From Candidatus Poribacteria bacterium (GTDB taxonomy: Bacteria; Poribacteria; WGA-4E; WGA-3G): 64,000 bases of DNA. Shown one piece after another: positions 19,480 to 28,365 of this stretch. The notes under the pieces are model-generated. The model was not told the DNA's origin and did no database searches. It saw nothing but the letters and a program-made list of their open reading frames with translations. The position numbers and the translations under genes were made by a program. Within the stretch, counting starts at the first letter, position 1, and the number at the start of each line of letters is the position of its first letter. The stretch is from the NCBI GenBank assembly GCA_965205025.1, contig CBDBFU010000020.1:128001-192000 (forward strand). Reading direction: 5' to 3'.

Positions 19480-19696
19480 TACCATTTGTAAAAAATGGGT
19501 TCGCATTACAGTTTTTTTGAAGTGTAATCTAATTCGCCACAAACTAAATGAAGATTAATTTTTTAATTTGGAGAAGATCCAGTGCGGTTAGGAAACCGCA
19601 CCTACCGGGTTTGGGAAATTTGGATTACCGAAATATTTACTTAATCCTCATACAGTTTGTGCTACAAAAAAGAGACATCTTCAATTAGAGATGGTA
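19480..19696. mobile_element. MITE family A containing a nested family B element (19548-19651)
   Basis: A ends TACCATTT.TA / TAGAGATGGTA flanked by TTA; B ends ATGAAGATTAA / TTAATCCTCAT, inserted in the loop of the CACAAACTAACAGTTTGTG hairpin. Confidence 0.8.
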
Positions 19697-19700
19697 TTAC

Positions 19701-21992
19701 TTAACCTTCTACCTGTTTCTTCAAACGTCTAACTATTCGAACAAGATTTAGCAATTCATCTTTACGCTGCTTTTCTTGTACTGTATTTGATTGAATTTGT
19801 GGTAAAACTCTTTCAAGGACTTGTTGAACAACTTCTAAATTACCATGCTTTGCCCAATGACTTCCTCGGAGAATTTCAGCAAATTCAGCTACGGTAGCAA
19901 CAAATTGAAACTCTAAGGTAGTATCATTGAATGTAGGTTTCAATTCTTCTATCGTTATCGCTTGACTTATCTCTTCCACTTCTTGAGTATCGGACTCCTC
20001 ATGTCGAATATAGACGGTAGCAAGTTTACCATTTACTTCTTTATGAAGTTTTATTTCATATAATGCAGTCACACTATGTCCTGCCCCAACTTCACCTGCA
20101 TCTACATCATCTTTACGGAAATCTTCATGAGCTAAAGATCTATTCTCATAACCAATTAATCGGAAACGACTTACAGTCTCAGGATTGAATTCAACTTGTA
20201 TCTTGGCATCTTTGGCTATTGTTTGGAGTGTTCCTGTCAAATCCTCCTCAAAAATGCGTCTTGCTTCTTTGAGAGTATTGACATAAGTATAACTTCCATT
20301 TCCGTTATTCGCAAGTTGTTCTAATAGAACATCGTTGTAATTTCCCATTCCAAAACCAACTGTAGTAAGGGTAATGCCTTCCTCAACATATCTGTTGATT
20401 TCATTTAAAATAGCCTCATACCCAGTCTGTCCCTGATTGGCAACTCCGTCTGAACAAAGAATGACACGATTTATGGAATTTGCTCTTAAATTCTTTAATG
20501 CCAGATCGTATCCAATCCTTAGACCAGCTTCTGCATTCGTAGAGCCATCAGCGTATAACTTATTGATTGCCTGAAGAATGAACTCTCTATTTTCAATTCC
20601 AGTGTGTGGAAGAACGACATAAGCATAGTTTCTAAAGGCTGCAATTCCAACTTTATCACCTGGACGCAGCTGGTTAAGTAAAAATCTTAACGCGTTCTTT
20701 ACTAACTCCAATCGATTTTCATCCTTCATAGATCCTGATACATCAATTACAAATGTGAGTATTGCATCTTGTCTATGCGTATCAGGAATGTCGCGCCCTT
20801 GAATTCCAATTCGCAACATTTTCAGACGTTTACCTTCACCGAATTTAGATGGTGCACCTTCAATCTGTATGGCAAACGTTTCATCCTTTGGTGGTTCATA
20901 ATTATAATCAAATGAATTAATAAATTCTTCTACACGAATCGCCTCCGGAGGAGGTAGATAATTATCCCGTAAATATCGTTGTGTCATAGAATAAGAGGCA
21001 GTATCCACATCCATTCCAAATGTAGATAGATTCTCATCTTCTGTGTCAATAAATGGATTCGTGCCATAATTCTTATGGTAGACATCGTTATATACTGCAC
21101 TGTTCGGCGGGTTAGACAGGTTCTGTTGAGGTGAGGAATCAATGCTAATGATCACTCTTGTTGAGTTATCTGGTAGCATAGGTTTCACAACCACCTTCTT
21201 TTTTTCTTTTGGAGCAGTATTTCTATTTTGCTGTACTTGTTCCACCACACGCACTTTCGTCTTTGGATTTCTTAGTATGTTCCTATTGTTCTGATTAACT
21301 GTAGGGAGATTATGGACAACACTCGGAATTTGCAACTGATCAAGTGGATCACCTGAATTATTCTGTGGGGTTCTACCCTTACCAATAACCCTTCCACCGG
21401 CTTCACCTTTTGGTGACTGATCAAGTGGATCACCTGAATTATTCTGTGGGATTCTACCCTTACCAATAACCCTTCCACCGGCTTCACCTTTTGGTGGTGG
21501 AGGTATAGATAGAGGAGGAACTTCAACATTCCCAAGTGTGATAGATTCTGCAACAGACCCAAGAGCATCACGCACCACTCCAATCTTCTGATACTTTACA
21601 ACTGCATTTATATTCTTTTCTACTAAACCTTCTGATAGAATAGGTTGTGATTTAACTTCTACCAAAAACTCGACCTCAGAATTATCAGTAAGCTTGAGAT
21701 CAATCTGAGGTATATCCAAAACACCTAAATTTTTATTTTCTGGGGTTTTTACATGAGGGGTTGATAGATCTCCAATATCAACTATTGATGGAAATCGCTT
21801 AAGAACATAATTTTGTTCTATAGGTTTTGAATTTTCAGATACATATAATTTTTCTTCAGTAGAATCAACCAATTCAAGAATAGTAAGTTCAGAATGGTTA
21901 GGATAGTCTACTTTAATACCTATTGATAGTAGAATAAGTAAGTATAATGTCACGGAAATAATAAATGCTCCTGAGAATTTCATGATACGCAT
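19701..21992 (-). CDS. YfbK-like VWA domain protein (vWF_A N-domain, VWA, DUF3520-like C-terminus) with N-terminal membrane anchor
   Basis: STFGMDVDTASY, IRVEEFINSF, DVSGSM, ILCSDG and GEVGAGHSVTALYEI motifs. Confidence 0.88.
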   Translation of the reverse strand: MRIMKFSGAFIISVTLYLLILLSIGIKVDYPNHSELTILELVDSTEEKLYVSENSKPIEQNYVLKRFPSIVDIGDLSTPHVKTPENKNLGVLDIPQIDLKLTDNSEVEFLVEVKSQPILSEGLVEKNINAVVKYQKIGVVRDALGSVAESITLGNVEVPPLSIPPPPKGEAGGRVIGKGRIPQNNSGDPLDQSPKGEAGGRVIGKGRTPQNNSGDPLDQLQIPSVVHNLPTVNQNNRNILRNPKTKVRVVEQVQQNRNTAPKEKKKVVVKPMLPDNSTRVIISIDSSPQQNLSNPPNSAVYNDVYHKNYGTNPFIDTEDENLSTFGMDVDTASYSMTQRYLRDNYLPPPEAIRVEEFINSFDYNYEPPKDETFAIQIEGAPSKFGEGKRLKMLRIGIQGRDIPDTHRQDAILTFVIDVSGSMKDENRLELVKNALRFLLNQLRPGDKVGIAAFRNYAYVVLPHTGIENREFILQAINKLYADGSTNAEAGLRIGYDLALKNLRANSINRVILCSDGVANQGQTGYEAILNEINRYVEEGITLTTVGFGMGNYNDVLLEQLANNGNGSYTYVNTLKEARRIFEEDLTGTLQTIAKDAKIQVEFNPETVSRFRLIGYENRSLAHEDFRKDDVDAGEVGAGHSVTALYEIKLHKEVNGKLATVYIRHEESDTQEVEEISQAITIEELKPTFNDTTLEFQFVATVAEFAEILRGSHWAKHGNLEVVQQVLERVLPQIQSNTVQEKQRKDELLNLVRIVRRLKKQVEG
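21335..21496. repeat. 81-bp (27-aa) in-frame tandem duplication
   Basis: PKGEAGGRVIGKGR(I/T)PQNNSGDPLDQ occurs twice with near-identical DNA. Confidence 0.95.
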
Positions 21993-22018
21993 TACTTTAA
22001 CCTCCAGGAATATTCTAA

Positions 22019-22132
22019 TACCATTTCTAAATGATGATTACTCATTACTAATTGAAGAAACCCCCTAAATCCCCCTTATCAGGGGGACTACTAAGAGTGA
22101 TCGTAATATGAACTTTTTAAATAGAAATGGTA
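22019..22132. mobile_element. MITE with family A ends carrying the CCCCCTAAATCCCCC hairpin
   Basis: TACCATTTCTA...TAGAAATGGTA flanked by TAA on both sides; core identical to that of family G. Confidence 0.75.
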
Positions 22133-22439
22133 TAATACAATTATGATGGGATAGGAGCAATTAATGTGCCAAATCTCAGGAGCACAAGAATAGACTGGTT
22201 TTGTTTGTGTGTTCGACTTTCTAATGCACCAAATAGTACATATTTTAATGCTATTGCACGAAAAAGAACAATTAAGGCGGTTCTGAATAAGCAATATTAG
22301 GAAATGGTATGTTTAGAAAATCACTTGGTAAGAAGGATTCCTATATCGTTCTCAACTACAAACGTATCGTGATTCGAAAAACACACTTTCCAGTGCTTTA
22401 ATGTCAATAAATTTATATACCCCATTTAAGACTTTAATT

Positions 22440-22588
22440 TATAGTAAACAATAAAATGAATACTACATTTTCTATTGGCTCAACTTACGTTCGCGTCCCA
22501 CACCTCTTCTGTAGGAGCGACCTCCCGGTCGCGACCAGGAGGTCGCTCCTACAAGTAAAGTGTCTAATTAAATCTAAAGTTTACTATA
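22440..22588. mobile_element. IS630-derived MITE (family E) carrying a GTAG-REP doublet
   Basis: Ends TATAGTAAAC.../...CTAAAGTTTACTATA match the IS630 end at 2958; interior GTAGGAGCGACCTCCCGGTCGCGACCAGGAGGTCGCTCCTAC. Confidence 0.8.
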
Positions 22589-22589
22589 A

Positions 22590-22746
22590 ATGAAGATTAA
22601 TTTTTAAATTCGGTAATTTTGAAAAAATCCAGTGCGGTTAGGAAACCGCACCTACCGGGTTTGGGAAATTTGGATTACCGAAATATTTACTTAATCCTCA
22701 TACAGTTTGTACTACAAAAAAGAGACATCTTCAAATAGAGATGGTA
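22590..22746. mobile_element. Family B element (22590-22701) plus the right half of a family A element
   Basis: Near-identical to 19548-19696; left half of A is absent. Confidence 0.8.
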
Positions 22747-22967
22747 TTAGATGTATGAACGATGTGAATAAAAAAAGTGTTAATATTTATCGTTTTGAGA
22801 TGATAGCACTTTCACGGAAACTTTCACGGAGCATTTTTGCGAGCCCTTATTCCATAAGGGTTTATAATTTTAACTATACCCATTTTCCATGAATCACATA
22901 TGTTAATTATATTATAACTTAAGTGTGTATTAAGTACTTATATGTTTTTCATACGAAGTATATTGGG

Positions 22968-23039
22968 ACATAGCACTCCGCTGGAGTGCCAGATTGTTCC
23001 GATATTGTTTTCTATAGACATAGTACTCCGCTGGAGTAC
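22968..23039. repeat. REP-like hairpin pair ACATAG(C/T)ACTCCGCTGGAGT(G/A)C, 50-bp period
   Basis: Two copies here and two at 24216-24286 with a similar spacer. Confidence 0.8.
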
Positions 23040-23822
23040 GGTATTTTTGGTATAGAAAACTCCAAAAAATAGACTTATCATTAGATTCTTAGTTACCCCC
23101 TGAAATAGAATTGTCAAAATTATAGTAGTGAAGAATAAACTGTAATTCTCGAAAGGGTGTAAAGTGTTTGGCATGAATATTACTGAATCATAAGGTTCTT
23201 TTTCTTCCCATGTATTATATTGAACCAAGGGAAATTTTATTGTAAATTTGCTGTTTTTTCTGTTTACAAAAAGTAATATAACTATTATCTATATGTTTAG
23301 AAAAGTTACACTTTTTGTCACATGGTGTGACATTGGTAAATCCTCTCTCTCTTCAGTACTACACTGGGTTTAGAGCCATTTTTTTAAGGTCACAAGAATT
23401 TGTCACTGTGACGAATTTTGTGTCATTTTCTGTTGTTCTTATCCATTGATTTGACATGTTACTTTTCATTAGAATGTAAGATCGGGGATCGGAATCCCCG
23501 CCTACAGAAGAGAAGAGGGAGGTTCTGTCCCTACAAAGGGGAATTATATTAATTAGAAGTATTCTAAATAATGGGATATTCTGTAGTAAAATGAAAAAGT
23601 TACACTTTTCGTTACATGGTGTAACTTTGAAAAAACGCTCTAATCCCTGTAGTAGACTGGGTTTATGGTAATTTTTTGAAATTTTAAGAATTTTGAGTTT
23701 TGTGTCATTTTCGGGTTTTTCTGATTGTCCTGACTTCTGAAGCCATCCGTTATTTTTTCTATGTCTGATTGTATTTTTATAAAGATTTTGGATTGTCATT
23801 TCTTTTTTCCTATTTATTGCTC

Positions 23823-24081
23823 TTACGTGATTCTGATAAGATACTTTGTAACCCGAACTTTTAGTTAATACCAGAGTGCACAAACTGGATGAAGATTAAT
23901 TTTTAAATTCGGTAATTTTGAAAAAATCCAGTGCGGTTAGGAAACCGCACCTACCGGGTTTGGGAAATTAGAATTACCGAAATATTTTCTTAATCTTCAT
24001 GAAAGTTTGTGCTACAAAGACTATCCTCTGGACAAAATACTATTTCTCGAACTGACATTTGTTATTATCCAACTGGTGTTA
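23823..24081. mobile_element. MITE family C copy with nested family B element (23889-24000)
   Basis: Colinear with 14520-14665 except for the ATGAAGATTAA...TTAATCTTCAT insert in the hairpin loop. Confidence 0.8.
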
Positions 24082-24092
24082 TTGTAACCTAA

Positions 24093-24193
24093 TGGGTTGT
24101 CCATCCTAAAATTATAAGTATCAATAAATCATGTCGCGACCAGGAGGTCGCTCCTACAAAAAAACTACTCACAAAATTAACGTGGACAATCCA
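24093..24193. mobile_element. MITE family F carrying the GTAGGAGCGACC REP-like hairpin
   Basis: TIR TGGGTTGTCCA / TGGACAATCCA, flanked by CTAA on both sides. Confidence 0.7.
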
Positions 24194-24215
24194 CTAAGTT
24201 GCGACCTATTAACTT

Positions 24216-24286
24216 ACATAGCACTCCGCTGGAGTGCATGAATGTACCGATAGTGTTTTCTATAGACATAGTACTCCGCTGGAGTG
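24216..24286. repeat. REP-like hairpin pair, second copy
   Basis: Same unit and similar spacer as 22968-23039. Confidence 0.8.
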
Positions 24287-24854
24287 TAAGAATGTTCTGC
24301 ATGAACGATTCTATTTATGAAGTACACCATAGTATTATTTTCATAACAAAAATTTTAGATGCGAGATTTCAAACTGTCCTAAAGTCAGTCCCAGTAAGGG
24401 TTTATAGATAATCGTGAAAATTGCGTTATATTTATTTTTTTTTAAAATTTCATACTATGTGCTTTTTCGAACTACTCTAAACCTTGTTCTGGTATGGGTT
24501 TGTAGGCATATCAGATTTTAATTTTACTTGCATAACTGTTATGCAAGTTTCATAACAACTTTTCACGACCTGCTTTAACTGTGAAACCTACTATTACTGT
24601 GAAATTTATAGTAACATAATAAGATGTATATGTCAAGAAAAAAAATTATATATTGTGACATATTTTATTATTTTATTTACTGGTATTAGTAATATGTTAT
24701 GAATATCTCTACAATATTATATCTTTAGTTGTATTATGGTTTGGTTTTCTTCAATAATTCTTCAATTATTTTTTGGTTGTTGTGTTTAAGTTGAATTTTT
24801 CTATGTGTTAATTCATTATTTTTTTATTAGGGATCTTGTGGGGGATGGTTAATT

Positions 24855-25045
24855 GTCTGAATCGTGGATTTCACGGATGCGCGGATTACGCGGAGAAGAG
24901 AGTTTTGGGTGTGGATTGTTGTCTTTTCTGAATCACGGATTACGCGGATTACGCGGATTACGCGGAGAAGAGAGGTTATTGTCTGCAAGATTTTCTTTCA
25001 ATGCTGGAACTGCAAATCAAGGAATCAAGGAATCAAGGAATCAAC
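24855..25045. repeat. Short tandem repeats (CGCGGATTA)n and (AATCAAGG)n
   Basis: Directly visible 9-mer and 8-mer arrays; the 9-mer block recurs at 26075-26151. Confidence 0.85.
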
Positions 25046-25195
25046 GGTATGAATGCTATTTAGCATTCCCCAGGTATGAATGACATATAAGAGATTAAGT
25101 AAATATTTCGGTAATTCTAAACAACTTAACATGACAACATGCAATCCCACAGTATATAATGAATAAAAGATTTCCGTGCAAGGCAAACACTTTAC

Positions 25196-25970
25196 ATGGC
25201 ACAATACGATGAAATCGTGAAGCATCTGATGGACAGGTTCGCTGATGACTTCGCCATGTTATCTTTTGCTACATCTGATGTTGAAGTTTTAGAGACACTT
25301 GATACGGAACAACAAACAGTAAAAGTGCATCGTAACGACATGACATTTAAGGTGCGGTGGCATAATGAAACAGTTCTACTTCATATGAAGATTAATTTTT
25401 AAATTCGGTAATTTTGGAGAAATATGCAGTGCGGTTGGGAAACCGCACCTACCAGGTTTGGGGAAATTAGAATTACCGAAATATTTTCTTAATCTTCATT
25501 AGAAGTACAAACCCATGATAGCAGAGATAAACCGATGCCGTTACGTGTTCTTGCTTATGCTGGTGAACTTCTGCTCCGGTATGAACTTCCTGTCTATTCG
25601 GTTGTACTCTATTTAAGTACTAATGCCGGACAAACCGATCCAGGTGGCTATAGTTATGGAAATGATACATTCGGTTTGCAACATAGGTATCAGGTGATTC
25701 GGTTAGCAGATTTAGGAGGAAATGATGCAAGAATCTCCTTTTTACGAAGTTATAATGCAACGTGGCATTGAACAAGGTTCACTTGAAAACTGTATCAGGA
25801 ATATTCTCTCTATTCTCTCAAAACGTTTCCCGGTTGAGGATGTACAACCAATTGAACAAGCATTGGAATCTATTGTAGATCTTGATCGTCTGACAGAATT
25901 ACTTGACACCTCAATTGATATACCGAGTATTAAGGAATTCCTGCAAGAAGTAGAAACATCCGAAGAATAA
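25196..25970 (+). pseudogene. Rpn/YhgA-like (PD-(D/E)XK) nuclease gene disrupted by a MITE and an internal deletion/frameshift
   Basis: AQYDEIVKHL...RNDMTF...LLH[insert]EVQTHDSRDKPMPLRVLAY...VYSVVLYL, then EEMMQESPFYEVIMQRGIEQG C-terminal helix in another frame. Confidence 0.8.
25385..25499. mobile_element. MITE family B inserted in the Rpn gene
   Basis: Perfect TIR ATGAAGATTAA/TTAATCTTCAT; core GTGCGGTTGGGAAACCGCACCTAC; splits the H(I/L)EVQ motif. Confidence 0.88.
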
Positions 25971-26298
25971 AGACCTCCAGTTTCCACGTCCCGATCTTTG
26001 TACCACAAGCTGTTAGTTTGTGGACACACAACTTTCCCACCTCCAAACCCTTATCCGCGAAATCGTTTTGTGTTGTCTGAACCGCAGATTACGCGGATTG
26101 CGCGGATAAGAAAGGTTTTTGTCTGCAAGATTTTCTTTCAATGCTGGAACTTCGGCTCGGTTAGAAACCGAGCCTACCAAGGGGTGGGTACAGAATCTTG
26201 AAGGATCGGGGATCGGAATCCCCTTCCACAGAAGAAATGTAATACCATTTCTATAAATGATTCTCCCATGATTAGGCGGTGTTTATGTCTTGAAATAC

Positions 26299-26657
26299 AT
26301 AGGCGTCAATTTAGTGGTTTTCCCAGGCCGGTAGGTGCGATTTCCTAATCGCACTGGATCCTTCGCGAAAAACTTTATGAACGCAATTGGAACAAACCCG
26401 GTTCGGTTAGGAAACCGAACTATAGGCGTCAATTTAGTTCACCTTTAATAATGGTAGCTTCGGTTTCCTAACCGAAGTGGATTATACACGAAGGCTTTCA
26501 ATCAAAGGTTTGGCACAAATTCGGTGCGGTTGGGAAACCGCACCTACCGGCCTGGGATACAAAATTTTTTTCCTAAATTGACGCTAATGGTTCGGTTAGG
26601 AAACCGAACCTACCGACCTGAAATTTATAGCGTACTTCTCCTTAAATTGACGCTAAT
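26299..26657. mobile_element. MITE family D with a second family D element nested inside (26422-26588); both flanked by ~21-bp direct repeats
   Basis: Ends ATAGGCGTCAATTTAG / TAAATTGACGCTAAT. Outer DR GGTGTTTATGTCTTGAAATAC at 26278-26298 and 26658-26678. Inner DR GGTTCGGTTAGGAAACCGAAC at 26400-26420 and 26589-26609. Confidence 0.85.
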
Positions 26658-26795
26658 GGTGTTTATGTCTTGAAATACCACACAAACTGGAAGTTTGTGC
26701 TACATTAAAGAGATTTTATTAATGACACATTACACGGGTAATAGGAATTCTGATACCTAAAACAATTTAATCAGTGAAATCTGTACAATTACATT

Positions 26796-28322
26796 TTATC
26801 CTTTCTTGGGGTTTGTTTGAGATAGATGGTCCAATATTTTGGATTTTAACTTTCTTTCAATATTCTTCATTTTTGGTTTCCCCGCAAGGTTATCAGTTTC
26901 ATCTGGGTCATCATGTATATTAAAAAGTAGATAGGGTGTTTTATCTCTATTCAATGCTATTTTCCATTCCTGATTCAAGAGCATTATCTCACGTGATATT
27001 TCTGATATAGCATATTCTCTATGTGTTGTCTCGTTGTCAGTTATAACGGGAGATAACGATTTCCCATATTGTTGATGTTGTAATTGTCCTCCAGCATATT
27101 CAACTAAGGTAGGACCGATATCAATCCATTCAACTGGCGTGTCACAAGTACGATTAGTGATATTTCTACCAATTGTATCTGGAGTTCGTACTATAAATGG
27201 AATTCGAACGGCTCCATTAAGAAAATTGCTTTTATATATCAACCCATAATCCCCATTCATTTCACCGTGATCAGAGCAGAAGACAATAACTGTATTTTCG
27301 AGTTCACCTCGTTCCTGTATGGTAGCAAGTATTTCCCCTATCTGATCATCTATTAGAGTAACGTTTCCTGCATAATCAGCACGCATCTTTGCTACATCAC
27401 CCTTATCAAAATCTGGTTTTCTTTTACCACTGAGTTGATCCAATTTACCCCGTGGACGATCTCCAATAGGAGGTCGAGGAATTGGTGGTGGCATTTGGTT
27501 GGGGTCATACATACTTGCATAGGGTTCTGGTGTATCCCACGGTTCATGGGGACCACCGAAACTTACCCAACAGAACCAAGGTTCATCACGTTTATAGGTC
27601 TTAAGATATTTCTTGGCTTGCTGTCCAACGTAAACATCAGCATCGAATTCAAGACCATTAGGGGAAGGACGAACAAGATGAGGTTTTCTAAGAAATCTTT
27701 CTTGATAGTCCTGTTTGTATGCATTCCATATACCTTTTTCTTCCCATATTGCAGTCATGTGTGAAAGAGTATTCATATTTGCTCTGGGTCCACCTATTTC
27801 ATCAACATCATCTAAACCGTAGGCATTCATCAGGTCTTCTTTCTCGCGTAAATCTCCTGAATGTGGATGTAAATGTGTCTTTCCAAACAGACTTGTTCTA
27901 TATCCTGCCTCTCGAACTGCCTGCATCCATGTTGGTGTATTCGGAGACATTTTATGCTTCTGATTATTCCAAACACCCGTATTATGAGGATATAGACCGG
28001 TGGCTAAACTCAGCCGTGCTGGCACACAAATAGGAGAAGTTGTTACACAGTTAGTAAAACGGATACCTTCGCTCGCAATACGATCCAAATTAGGTGTATT
28101 TACCCATCCACCTGAACATCCCATTGCATCCCAACGTTGCTGGTCAGTCATGAGAAGTAGTATATTCGGTTTTGATGGATTATCCGTATTTAGATTTGAG
28201 GGAAAGTTATTGTTGGCAGGTGTACTAACAGAAAGGAGAGATAAAGTACTTGTACTTGCAATTCCTAATTCTCTTAAAAATGTCCTTCGTGTGATTTTGT
28301 TCTTTTCAGATACCATTGGCAA
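26796..28322 (-). CDS. Sulfatase (S1, formylglycine-dependent) with Tat signal peptide
   Basis: TRRTFL twin-arginine motif; PNILLLMTDQQR; CVPAR (CxPxR); SDHGE. Confidence 0.92.
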   Translation of the reverse strand: MPMVSEKNKITRRTFLRELGIASTSTLSLLSVSTPANNNFPSNLNTDNPSKPNILLLMTDQQRWDAMGCSGGWVNTPNLDRIASEGIRFTNCVTTSPICVPARLSLATGLYPHNTGVWNNQKHKMSPNTPTWMQAVREAGYRTSLFGKTHLHPHSGDLREKEDLMNAYGLDDVDEIGGPRANMNTLSHMTAIWEEKGIWNAYKQDYQERFLRKPHLVRPSPNGLEFDADVYVGQQAKKYLKTYKRDEPWFCWVSFGGPHEPWDTPEPYASMYDPNQMPPPIPRPPIGDRPRGKLDQLSGKRKPDFDKGDVAKMRADYAGNVTLIDDQIGEILATIQERGELENTVIVFCSDHGEMNGDYGLIYKSNFLNGAVRIPFIVRTPDTIGRNITNRTCDTPVEWIDIGPTLVEYAGGQLQHQQYGKSLSPVITDNETTHREYAISEISREIMLLNQEWKIALNRDKTPYLLFNIHDDPDETDNLAGKPKMKNIERKLKSKILDHLSQTNPKKG

Positions 28323-28365
28323 CTCCTTGAATATATCGTAAGGTTTATTCGTCTGAAGGAGCTTA

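Noticed and set aside
22968-24286. ACATAGCACTCCGCTGGAGTGC repeats as a CRISPR array
   Set aside because: Only two units per site, the spacer is conserved between the two sites, and there are no cas genes; fits REP-like doublets
22091-25225. Short ORFs (60-174 aa) in the repeat zone, e.g. 23359-23883 and 24853-25083
   Set aside because: They run through repeats and hairpins, with no recognisable motifs or RBS; likely spurious
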